This document shows, in pieces, positions 11,205-22,394 of a stretch of 64,000 nt of DNA. Under the pieces are notes generated by a model. It was not told where the DNA came from, searched no databases, and was given only the letters and a program-made list of their open reading frames with translations. The translations under genes were made by a program, and so were the position numbers. Numbering within the stretch: position 1 is the first letter of the stretch; every line of letters starts with the position of its first letter. Origin of the DNA: Octopus sinensis (Eukaryota); assembly GCF_006345805.1 (NCBI RefSeq), contig NC_043002.1:85188001-85252000 (forward strand), read 5' to 3'.

Positions 11205-11420
11205 AGTCTCCCCTCTTCACGCCACCGATGCTGTCCAAGGGGAAGACCAATACAGTTTGGCACCAGTGACATCACAACCCATTTCTACAGCTGAGTGAAC
11301 TGAAGCAACATGAAATAGAGTGTCTGGCTCAAAAACACAACACACAATCCGGTCCAGAAATCGAACTCACTGTCTCATGCTTGTGAGCCTGATGCTCTGA
11401 CCACTGAGCCATGCGCCTTT
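11205..11420 (-). mobile_element. CORE-type tRNA SINE
   Basis: gctgagtgaactgaagcaacatgaaatagagtgtctggctc...ccactgagccatgcgcctt, homologous to 9270-9585. Confidence 0.65.
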
Positions 11421-11699
11421 ACGGATAAATTACTGTAATATATAAAAATAGTGAGTATGGAATGTTTTAAATTATTTGAATAATATCTCACCCCAAGAAC
11501 TTTTACATGATATTTTTTTCACTGAAATTTTAAAGTCTAAGTTGAGCTATGATTAAGAAAATCATAATTTCTTTACAATCTTTCATTTTCAATATTTTTC
11601 AATTAATTTGTCTCTTTAGATGCAAAACAATTTTTAGAAATAATTACATCAATATCTGTTCAAATTCCACCGAAGTTGACTTTCATCCCCCTTGGGTCA

Positions 11700-11818
11700 A
11701 TAAAATAAACACCAATCAAGACACACAGACGTCGATATAATCAATTGTTCTTCTCTCTAAAATATTTACACCTACAATATATAATTTCAGGCTCTGATCA
11801 TCATCTCATTTCATAGTA
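11700..11818 (+). repeat. Left arm of a perfect 119-bp inverted repeat
   Basis: Identical to the reverse complement of 16971-17089 (compared base by base). Confidence 0.9.
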
Positions 11819-12956
11819 TGTACAGAGCACCAGATTGATTTTGAACTTAAAATCTTTATCTAAACTAGGGGTAAGATAGTGGATTAACAGACTCATTAGA
11901 ATGAGAAAAGAATCTCCGTATTTCTTTTGGCGACTAACATTCTGAGTTCAAATCTTGTAAGTGTCAACTTCACCTTTCCTGCATTACGGGGTCGATACAA
12001 AAGTGTTCCCTTCTCAAATTCCAAGCTGTGTTAGAGACAACTATCCAGACATGAGATGGAAAAACTTTGCTCTCTTTACTATCTAAACTAAGGGCAGTAA
12101 CTCTCCTTAGTCCGTTTAGTTGTAGGTTCGAAGTTGTACTTGACTGGCAAAAGAATAGATTATGAGAGAGATTGAGTGTCGAAACGGAAGCAACTACATC
12201 GGGGAAGAGCAATTTACTAACAAATAACGCTGTTAGATTCAATTAAATTTAAATGTATTTCATGAGGTGTCAAAATGATGATTTCCATTAGAGCAATAAT
12301 AAATAAATAAATTACACGCTATGAAACATTTACCGTTAATCTAACAGCTTTGTGCGTTATTATTAAATGGTTCTTATTCGATATAGATGCCATTTCAAAG
12401 TTATTTAGATGCATATTTGTATTATCTACGTATCTACGCAATAAGACATCAGATGTCTTCCAAACATTAAACTAATCGAAACGTAGTGTTGACTTAACTA
12501 TTAAAAGTTTCATCTATAAAGATGAGGTTAATAGTCTGAAAAACCTATAATTTAGTATTCCAATGTGATTTTGTGGGGTCATCAGGTAAATTCGTTATTT
12601 ATTTTTCTTTTTGGCACTCCACTGTCATATATCTGAAATGGGGCAAAATTTCTTCAAATTTCAAAACTAATAAACAAAGGTTGTAGACGTAGAATAGACC
12701 GACAAAGACGAAGAAAAAGGAAAAAAATAATTTTGTGTTAATTCAAATTAAATTGGAGAGGATAAAAAAATAAAGGGAAAATAAAAACAAAAACAAATAA
12801 TTTATCTGACAATCCAGTAAGTTATATATATATATAAGAAATATTGAATTTCTAAATCTCTCGTAGAGACATGTACGATGGTGGGGCGATAGAATGGTTG
12901 TATACTGTCAATCTAACAAGAACGTGACAGTAGGGGGTACACCACCGCTGTATAGC

Positions 12957-12977
12957 CCTATATATATATATATAATT

Positions 12978-13019
<42 letters not shown>

Positions 13020-13153
13020 ATATATATGTATATATTATATATGTATATATATATAAGTATATGTATATATATATGTATATATATATGTATATATATATAT
13101 GTATATATATATATGTGTATATATATATGTATATATATATATGTATATATATA

Positions 13154-13193
<40 letters not shown>

Positions 13194-13325
13194 AATATAT
13201 GTATATATATATATGTATATATAATAAGTATATGTATATATATATGTATATATATGTATATATATATATGTATATAATATATATGTATAATATATATATG
13301 TATATATATATATATATATATATAC

Positions 13326-13356
<31 letters not shown>

Positions 13357-13363
13357 TATGTAT
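12957..13363. repeat. Compound (TA)n/(TATG)n microsatellite
   Basis: Direct inspection. Confidence 0.95.
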
Positions 13364-13509
13364 AATCAGCCGAAATTGCAAGGATGATCCGGTTCTTGAC
13401 TGAAGATTGAAGGCTTCGAATGTCCCGTCCGTGTTTTTTGTATCGTCTTCTCAATGTTTTGCGTTCTTGTCTCAGTTTGTATTTTTTTACATATGTATAT
13501 ATGTATATA

Positions 13510-13552
<43 letters not shown>

Positions 13553-13830
13553 TAATTAATAAGGGTGAGAGAATTAGATACTAATTTAATAGTATATCTA
13601 TTCCACACCAAGTGGCCCAGTGCCTCGAGAAACCTGGATTATTATAATATTTTATATATATTATAATATTTATACAAAAATAAATATAAGAGAATGGTCA
13701 CTATGTGGCTCATTCTAGCACCAGCAAATCCAAAAGGTTTCAACCACAAAAATACATGTTTCACATGAAAGTCAGTACGATTGTTAGCTCACACGAACAG
13801 GGCAAATAAAAATAACAAAAATACAGATTA

Positions 13831-13910
13831 TTTTGGGACAATGTTTCGCTATTAATGAATTAAATGTAATTCTACTTACAAAAAACCCACTTGCAGCTCC
13901 TCAGCCAAAA
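13831..13910 (-). ncRNA. Type I hammerhead ribozyme, 533-bp family (1-nt deletion in stem III)
   Basis: Reverse complement: UUUUGG CUGAGGA GCUG..UAGC GAAA CAUUGUC CCAAAA. Confidence 0.6.
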
Positions 13911-14361
13911 CTATCTGGATGAAATCCACTCATCACACGCCAGATTTTACCATAACGATAAATGCACGTGTGGTTCAATTGATTACATCCGACGTTATAA
14001 TTCAAATGCCCTTACCAACAGCGCGCCAAACTTTCACGGAAACAAATACTACATTTAGAAATAAATGTAGCATAATTATAATTAATTAATAAGGGTGAGA
14101 GAATTAGATACTAATTTAATAGTATATCTATTCCACACCAAGTGGCCCAGTGCCTCGAGAAACCTGGATTATTATAATATTTTATAATATATTATAATAT
14201 TTATACAAAAATAAATATAAGAGAATGGTCACTATGTGGCTCATTCTAGCACTAGTAAATCCAAAAGGTTTCAACCACAAAAATACATGTTTCACATGAA
14301 AGTCAGTACGATTGTTAGCTCACACGAACAGGGCAAATAAAAATAACAAAAATACAGATTA

Positions 14362-14442
14362 TTTTGGGACAATTGTTTCGCTATTAATGAATTAAATGTA
14401 ATTTTACTTACAAAAAACCCACTTGCAGCTCCTCAGCCAAAA
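14362..14442 (-). ncRNA. Type I hammerhead ribozyme, 533-bp family
   Basis: Reverse complement: UUUUGG CUGAGGA GCUG..UAGC GAAA CAAUUG UC CCAAAA. Confidence 0.8.
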
Positions 14443-15467
14443 CTATCTGGATGAAATCCACTCAATCACACGCCAGATTTTACCATAACGATAAATGCAC
14501 GTGTGGTTCAATTGATTACATCCGACGTTATAATTCAAATGCCCTTACCAACAGCGCGCCAAACTTTCACGGAAACAAATACTACATTTAGAAATAAATG
14601 TAGCATAATTATAATTAATTAATAAGGGTGAGAGAATTAGATACTAATTTAATAGTATATCTATTCCACACCAAGTGGCCCAGTGCCTCGAGAAACCTGG
14701 ATTATTATAATATTTTATAATATATTATAATATTTATACAAAAATAAATATAAGAGAATGGTCACTATGTGGCTCATTCTAGCACTAGTAAATCCAAAAG
14801 GTTTCAACCACAAAAATACATGTTTCACATGAAAGTCAGTACGATTGTTAGCTCACACGAACAGGGCAAATAAAAAATAACAAAAATACAGATTATTTTG
14901 GGACAATTGTTTCGCTATTAATGAATTAAATGTAATTTTACTGAGGAGCTACAAGTGGGTTTTTTGTAAGTAAAATTACATTTAATCATTAATAGCGAAA
15001 CAATTGTCCCAAAATAATCTGTATTTTTGTTATTTTTTATTTGCCCTGTTCGTGTGAGCTAACAATCGTACTGACTTTCATGTGAAACATGTATTTTTGT
15101 GGTTGAAACCTTTTGGATTTGCTAGTGCTAGAATGAGCCACATAGTGACCATTCTCTTATATTTATTTTTGTATAAATATTATAATATATGATAAAATAT
15201 TATAATAATCCAGGTTTCTCGAGGCACTGGGCCACTTGGTGTGGAATAGATATACTATTAAATTAGTATCTAATTCTCTCACCCTTATTAATTAATTATA
15301 ATTATGCTACATTTATTTCTAAATGTAGTATTTGTTTCCGTGAAAGTTTGGCGCGCTGTTGGTAAGGGCATTTGAATTATAACGTCGGATGTAATCAATT
15401 GAACCACACGTGTATTTATCGTTATGGTAAAATCTGGCGTGTGATTGAGTGGATTTCATCCAGATAG

Positions 15468-15548
15468 TTTTGGCTGAGGAGCTACAAGTGGGTTTTTTGT
15501 AAGTAAAATTACATTTAATTCATTAATAGCGAAACAATTGTCCCAAAA
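15468..15548 (+). ncRNA. Type I hammerhead ribozyme, 533-bp family
   Basis: Stem I UUUUGG/CCAAAA, core CUGAGGA, stem II GCUA/UAGC, GAAA, palindromic stem III ACAAUUGU, GUC cleavage after 15542. Confidence 0.85.
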
Positions 15549-16000
15549 TAATCTGTATTTTTGTTATTTTTTATTTGCCCTGTTCGTGTGAGCTAACAAT
15601 CGTACTGACTTTCATGTGAAACATGTATTTTTGTGGTTGAAACCTTTTGGATTTGCTAGTGCTAGAATGAGCCACATAGTGACCATTCTCTTATATTTAT
15701 TTTTGTATAAATATTATAATATATTATAAAATATTATAATAATCCAGGTTTCTCGAGGCACTGGGCCACTTGGTGTGGAATAGATATACTATTAAATTAG
15801 TATCTAATTCTCTCACCCTTATTAATTAATTATAATTATGCTACATTTATTTCTAAATGTAGTATTGTTTCCGTGAAAGTTTGGCGCGCTGTTGGTAAGG
15901 GCATTTGAATTATAACGTCGGATGTAATCAATTGAACCACACGTGTATTTATCGTTATGGTAAAATCTGGCGTGTGATTGAGTGGATTTCATCCAGATAG

Positions 16001-16081
16001 TTTTGGCTGAGGAGCTACAAGTGGGTTTTTTGTAAGTAAAATTACATTTAATTCATTAATAGCGAAACAATTGTCCCAAAA
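16001..16081 (+). ncRNA. Type I hammerhead ribozyme, 533-bp family
   Basis: Same motif exactly 533 bp downstream of 15468. Predicted cleavage after 16075. Confidence 0.85.
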
Positions 16082-16243
16082 TAATCTGTATTTTTGTTAT
16101 TTTTTATTTGCCCTGTTCGTGTGAGCTAACAATCGTACTGACTTTCATGTGAAACATGTATTTTTGTGGTTGAAACCTTTTGGATTTGCTGGTGCTAGAA
16201 TGAGCCACATAGTGACCATTCTCTTATATTTATTTTATATATA

Positions 16244-16312
<69 letters not shown>

Positions 16313-16333
16313 AACATATGAATAAATAAATAA

Positions 16334-16590
16334 ATGGAGTTGAACGAAGATGTTAATAAATTATTTTTACTTTCGACAGCATGGTTTTACTCCAAAGGAA
16401 TAAACGGTATAAGATGCAATCTTCTCACCAGGAAAGAGAGCCTCTCTCAACAACAAGACATTATAACATTTACGATGGCTGCCTACATGATAAACAGAAC
16501 CTTATTAAGTGTTTAAAAAAACCGTTAGTAGATTTGACGTCAAAGGCAGATGGAAGGAGGAGAAGGGTTAAAGGGATAGTAATTAGGGAA
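16334..16590 (-). repeat. Decayed copy of the 328-bp hammerhead repeat family (see 41050-41670)
   Basis: Homologous along its length to 41050-41340. The core reads CUGGUGA and the GAAA/stem III segment is deleted. Confidence 0.7.
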
Positions 16591-16970
16591 CAAATAGAGA
16601 GGGAGGGATACGTTGATTAAAAGAATGTTCAAAGGCTTAGGAAAAAATTCCCCTATTGAATTGAAGTGCAAGTTAAACTAATTGTTCAAATTACAATGAC
16701 TGGCGAAATCACTTATATGAGTAAAATGTATGTTTCTGCCAGTGTTTACATTTGTACGATCTCTCTATGAGTGTGTTTACAAGGGGATTCTTTGAGAAGA
16801 GAATATGGAAGAGTTCAGAGTTGCAAATGTTACTAAATCTCTTGCCCTTATCGTAAGGAAAGGCTACGGACAAAAAAACGACATAGCACAGGGCTAAGTA
16901 AATTAGTTTGGCGTCTTAAAGACAACAATATAGATTTTAAGTTAGATTGGTTCATACAGTCCGTAGCCAG

Positions 16971-17089
16971 TACTATGAAATGAGATGATGATCAGAGCCT
17001 GAAATTATATATTGTAGGTGTAAATATTTTAGAGAGAAGAACAATTGATTATATCGACGTCTGTGTGTCTTGATTGGTGTTTATTTTAT
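16971..17089 (-). repeat. Right arm of the perfect 119-bp inverted repeat
   Basis: Reverse complement of 11700-11818. Confidence 0.9.
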
Positions 17090-17287
17090 CAAACCCAAAA
17101 GCATGAAAGGTAAAGTTGACTTCAACATAGTTTGAATTGTGTTCATAAATAGCTGAAACAAATGCTCTGCAAAGCATTTTGTCATAACAATTGTCTAACA
17201 ATTTTGCCAGCTCATAGCGTTCACTGTTAAGAGAAATCTGGTTGTCAAGAGTTGTTCCCCTTAGGTCATTCATACATGTATATATAT

Positions 17288-17688
17288 TTTTCTTCTCTCT
17301 TTTACTTGTTTCAGTCATTTGACTGTGGCCATGCTGGAGCACCGCCTTTAGTCGAGCAAATCGACCCCGGGACTTATTCATTGTAAGCCCAGTACTTATT
17401 CTATCGGTCTCTTTTGCCGAACCGCTAAGTAACGGGGACGTAAACACACCAGCATCAGTTGTCAAGCAATGCTAGGGGGACAAACACACACACATACACA
17501 CATATACATATATATATATATATACGACGGGCTTCTTTTAGTTTCCGTCTACCAAATCCACTCACAAGGCATTGGTCGGCCCGGGGCTATAGCAGAAGAC
17601 ACTTGCCCAAGATGCCACGCAGTGGGATTGAACCCGGAACCATGTGGTTGGTTAGCAAGCTACTTACCACACAGCCACTCCTGCGCCT
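17288..17688 (-). mobile_element. Full-length CORE-type tRNA SINE with internal microsatellite
   Basis: Reverse complement: aggcgcaggagtggctgtgtggtaag (A box)...gggttcaatccc (B box)...ttgggcaagtgtctt...gactgaaacaagtaaaaga tail. Confidence 0.85.
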
Positions 17689-17695
17689 ATATATA

Positions 17696-17920
17696 TATTT
17701 CTTTATTACCCACAAGGGGCTAAACACAGAGGGGACAAACAAGGACAGACAAAGGGATTAAGTCAATTACATCGACCCCAGTTTTTGACTGGTACTTAAT
17801 TTATCGACCCCGAAAGGATGAAAGGCAAAGTCAACCTCGGTGGAATTTGAACTCGGAACGTAACGACAGACGAAATACGGCGACGCATTTCGCCCGGCGT
17901 GCTAACGTTTCTGCCAGCTC
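17696..17920 (-). mobile_element. Nin-domain tRNA SINE with a Tx1-like 3' tail
   Basis: Reverse complement: gagctggcagaaacg...gagttcaaattcc...tcatcctttcggggtcgataaattaagtaccag. Tail resembles 27300-27377. Confidence 0.75.
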
Positions 17921-17941
17921 AATATATATATATATATATAT

Positions 17942-18255
17942 AGGTGAAGGCCTGCGGCTTATTGGTAAGAGCATTCGCTGCACGCTCGTAAGGTCGTGAG
18001 TTCAATTCTCACCGACGCGCTGTGGCCTTGAGCAAGACACTTTATTTGACGTTGCTCTAGTTCATTCAACTGGTAAAAACTAGTAGTACCTGTATTTCAA
18101 AGGGCCAGATTTGTCACACTCTGTGTCATGCTGAATCTCCATGAGAACTATGTCAAGGGTACACATGTGTGTGAAGTGCTCAGCCACTTGCACGTTAATT
18201 TCACGAGCAAACTGTTCTGTTGATCGTATCAGCTGGGACCCTCGTCGTCGTAACC

Positions 18256-18256
<1 letters not shown>
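17942..18256 (+). mobile_element. Full-length CORE-type tRNA SINE
   Basis: aggtgaaggcc..ggcttattggt (A box), gagttcaattc (B box), ccttgagcaagacact. Same family as 9270-9585. Confidence 0.8.
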
Positions 18257-18314
<58 letters not shown>

Positions 18315-18551
18315 TACGGTTTAGTACTTATATATAAAATTCACGAGCCTTGATTCACTTGAGCCAATTAATAATCCTTTCTACCATAGGCACAAGGCCT
18401 GAAATTTGGGAGTAGGGGGTAAATCTATAATATCGAACCCAGTACTTGACTGCTAACTATTTTATCGATACCGCAAGGATGAACGGCAAAGTTACGTCCG
18501 TGCCATTTGAAGAAGCAATTAACAACGAGTATATGACCTGAGCTCACTAAG

Positions 18552-18582
<31 letters not shown>

Positions 18583-18829
18583 CACACACACACACACACA
18601 CACACTGCGTTCTGGATATCTCAGGTTACGGGATTTCGCGCTTACGGAAATTATAAGATATGGCCATTAATTTCGGGGTAGAGTGTAATTTCGCTCTCGC
18701 GGTATCTCGAATGCATAGTTTAAAATTGTTTACAATCTAAAACTATTCTTCCTTCTTAGCTCAAAAGTCACTTGCGTTTTAGTTAAGATCAAAATATATA
18801 GTTAACGATTTGGAAAACTGTCATTACAT

Positions 18830-18884
18830 TTTACACATATATGCACGCTCATACAAACATGTAAATATAATGTACATAATGTGA

Positions 18885-18921
<37 letters not shown>

Positions 18922-18981
18922 ATATACACCCATATATATGTGTGTGTGTGTGTATACAGTATATATATACATATATATAAG

Positions 18982-19026
<45 letters not shown>

Positions 19027-19110
19027 AACACACACACATATATATATAAACACACACATATATATACATATACATATATGTATATGTATATATATATATG
19101 TGTGTATATA

Positions 19111-19180
<70 letters not shown>

Positions 19181-19245
19181 AATATATATATATATGTGTG
19201 TATGTATATATCTATATATGTGTATATATATATATATATATACTT

Positions 19246-19321
<76 letters not shown>

Positions 19322-19335
19322 TCATACATATATAT
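18830..19335. repeat. Compound (TA)n/(CA)n/(TG)n microsatellite block
   Basis: Direct inspection. Confidence 0.95.
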
Positions 19336-19646
19336 ATTTATTAATAAGCTTGAAAATAGAGAGATTCAATGGATATAAATTAATTTATCAATTAATTAAC
19401 ATTGCCTACAATTGTTTCACTTCACACCCATTTATAATTGCAAAACACATGTAATAATATAAGTTTGCATTTTGAATATCCTGAGTGGAAGATCTTCAGG
19501 GCAAAATGGACATTACAGAGTTTATATTTTGATTAATTGAAATACCCCAACAGACTAACCAGATGAAAGCACGTTTATTGTGTATGTATGCGCGTGTGTG
19601 CGCGCGTTCGCAGGTGTCCGTGTGTGTGTGTATTGTACTTAAATAC

Positions 19647-19693
<47 letters not shown>

Positions 19694-20182
19694 ATTAAAG
19701 TATATAAGAATAAAAATAAAGATTAATAATAGATAATGAAATATTATATTAATAAAAATAAATAAAAAAAAAAAATAAAGGTTTTTTTTTACAAAACATG
19801 AATGTCCATGGTCCATAGTACACATAAATTATGTTAATTTATGTGTACCATAAGTTAATTTATGTATACGTATGTGTGTATGTGTGTTGGCATAAAGTTA
19901 TTGAATACAAGTATGGATGCCATCGTTTATGCATGTGTATGTGCGTGCTTTTATAGATCCTTATTACTTAAGTTGCTTTACTTGTGCGCAAATCTGTATA
20001 TATATTAGTAAAAGGTTATCGAATATTTCTATAACTATATATGCGTTTATAGGTATGGATATTCATAGCCCATTTCAGATTATCTATGATTGTTCATGTG
20101 TGTGTGTGTGTGTGTGTGTATAATAGATGTCTACTGTTCAAGTTGATTTATGTATGTTAGTAACGTGTTATGAAGTCAAATT

Positions 20183-20983
20183 GGATCTTTTCCTTTTGAA
20201 CGGCAGATGTCAACACAATTTCTAGTTAACTAAACACTTTTAAACTTCGTATACTGGTAGAATGTGTTTATAAAACATCATTTTTTCTTGGCTTTATTGA
20301 GAAAATTCTATAGTTTGTAAGATATTTCGTCTGAAAATCCGAGCATTTCGGCAATTTTAACCAATCGATTACCTCCATTCAACTAAAATCATTTGCTGCG
20401 TCTAAAACTGAGACAACATCCTGTAACTAACCCTAACCCTCCCCCTAACCCTAACCCTAATCCTAATTTTTTTTCTTAATTGTTAAATTAATTTAATTGT
20501 TACGCGTGTAAAAAAACCCGAAAGCAATGGAAAATTATTTAAACAATTAACAAACAAAATAATTCTATAATTTTATACACACGCTTTCCGTACGTATACG
20601 GAAAGCGTGTGTTACGGAGAGCGTGTGTATAAAATTATAGAATTATTTTGTTTGTTAATTGTTTAAATCATTTTCCATTGCTTTCGTTTTTTTTACACGT
20701 CTAGCAATTAAATTAATTTAACAATTAAGAAAACAAAATTAGGGTTAGGGTTAGGATGAGGGGTAGTGTCTCAGTTTTAGACGCAGCAAATGATTTTAAC
20801 TCAAAAGCGAGCATAGGATTGGTTAAAATTCGAAAAATTAAACTACGTTAAACAAACAAATTACAATTTTCTCAAGAAAGCCAAGAGAAAAAAATGTTTT
20901 ATTTTGACACATTCTACCAGTATACGAAGTTTTAAAGTGTTTAGTTAACTAGAAATTGTCTGCCGTTCAAAAGGAAAAGATCC
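20183..20983. mobile_element. Foldback DNA transposon (GG termini, 8-bp TSD; Merlin-like) carrying (TAACCC)n
   Basis: GGATCTTTTCC...GGAAAAGATCC termini. TSD GTCAAATT on both sides. Arms of ~400 bp pair up to a centre near 20592. Confidence 0.8.
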
Positions 20984-21580
20984 GTCAAATTAGTTTGTTA
21001 ATACACATATATATTCCTTTATATTCTGTTATCTTATTCATGAAAAAGTCAATCATAAAAGTCATTCATAATTATTATAATATGAAATTGTAAGATAATT
21101 AGTAAAGTAATTATATTTGTGTTTAGTTATTGATTCATAATTTATTCTATATAACATTATGTATTTAAGTGTATCCGTTTCAAATAAAGAGAAAAACATA
21201 TAGTGTTGTGTCCTATTTCATTTTGAAAGTTGAACGAAGTCTCTTTTGATCTTAGGTCTATGAAGGTTGATCTGAGACTAAACAGCCACAACGAAACAAT
21301 TAGTAAAGACAATGTAACCACTTCAGCATCAACAATATATGCCCACCGTCGCTAACATGTAAACCAATGCAATCCACATCTTCCCTACTATCAGCCTACC
21401 AACTTTTGAACCCAGATGGTTACAGAAGACATCAGTATATACGTCAGCACATGTGCAGGTATGTGTGTCTGTCTGTGTGTATGAGTGTGTGTATGCATAT
21501 CTGCGTATAAATGCGTGCATGCATGTGCGTGTGCGAATAATCAATGAAATCTGGTGAACCTTTCTTTTTTTAATGCATCG

Positions 21581-21610
21581 AAGTGGCTGTGTGGTAAGTA
21601 GCTTGCTTAC
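21581..21610 (+). mobile_element. 5' part of a SINE head split by the Tx1 insertion
   Basis: aagtggctgtgtggtaagtagcttgcttac, which continues at 27377. Confidence 0.8.
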
Positions 21611-21789
21611 CTTTGTCGTAGACAGACGTGTTTTTTTTATCGGCGAGTCAAACATTTTGTTGCACGTGGATAATTTTTTCTATTGGAATTGTTGTCTATT
21701 GTTGAATATTTTTGAAATGTTAAACTTTGTTGAACTTTGAAAATTTTGTGCTTTTACCCGGTGACGGGAGAAAGTAATTGTTGAAATAT

Positions 21790-22290
21790 TAAAATTATTA
21801 ATATTGAACTTACTAATATTATTAATATTGAACTTACTAATATTATTAATATTGAACTTACTAATATTATTAATATTGAACTTATTAAAGCCGTTGTAGG
21901 CTTTATTATCGTGCCCCTCCCCCAGCGGGGGTGGAATTTGAACTGTTATCCTCATTAAGAGGAAAAAAATATTATATGTTTCCCGTTTTTTGCGGTATGC
22001 AATTTATTATTGCGAGAAAAATTAAATTTTAGCCGTTGTAGGCTCTATTGTGGCATCCACCACTAGCGTGGGCGAGATTTGAATTGTTGTCCTCGTTGTG
22101 AGGAAAAAATATTATAGGTTTCCCGTTTTTTAGGATTCTATATTTTATTATTGTGTGAAAAAAAAAAAAAATTTCGAACGTTGTAGGCTTTGTTGCTACG
22201 TCTCGCCCTCAGCGGGGGTGGGATTTAAACTGTTGTCCTCGTTAAGAGAAAAAAAGAAGTAAAAAAATTATAGGTTTCCATTTTTTGGGG
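21790..22290 (+). repeat. Tandem monomers in the LINE 5'UTR: 4 x 24 bp, then 3 x ~143 bp
   Basis: aatattattaatattgaacttact x4. gttgtaggc recurs at 21893, 22035 and 22180. Confidence 0.8.
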
Positions 22291-22394
22291 ACTGAATTGT
22301 GTACCATTTATTTCGAACGAATATGTCGGTCGAAATAATCCAAGAAAAGAACCAGCTGCATGAGCCAGCAAAATAGTTCGAGGCAGTAACCGCT

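Larger units (their letters stand above)
13555..16236. repeat. 533-bp tandem repeat array arranged as a long palindrome (about 2.6 units per arm)
   Basis: aagggtgaga recurs at 13561, 14091 and 14624. Orientation flips at 14941/14970 around a 28-nt spacer. CTGAGGA recurs at 14941, 15474 and 16007. Confidence 0.95.

Noticed and set aside
12455-12500. Hammerhead 3' half CGAAACGTAGTGTT
   Set aside because: No upstream CUGANGA core.
13395-13430. Hammerhead at CTGAAGA..GAAG/CTTC..GAATGTC
   Set aside because: GAAA is incomplete and the stem I partner is missing; at best an eroded relic.
13026-13454. ORFs of YI/IY/CV/TH repeats (also 18824-19454, 40147-40808, 47350-48444, 53703-54191, 63459-63689)
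   Set aside because: Translations of dinucleotide and tetranucleotide microsatellites, which lack stop codons by composition.
17942-18020. tRNA gene (also other A/B-box hits)
   Set aside because: These continue into CORE or Nin SINE bodies, and no complete cloverleaf is evident.
20425-20465. Telomere or chromosome-fusion scar
   Set aside because: Only a few TAACCC units, and they are internal parts of a TSD-flanked MITE family.
21790-21885. 24-bp repeats as a CRISPR-like array
   Set aside because: Directly tandem with no spacers, inside a eukaryotic LINE 5'UTR.
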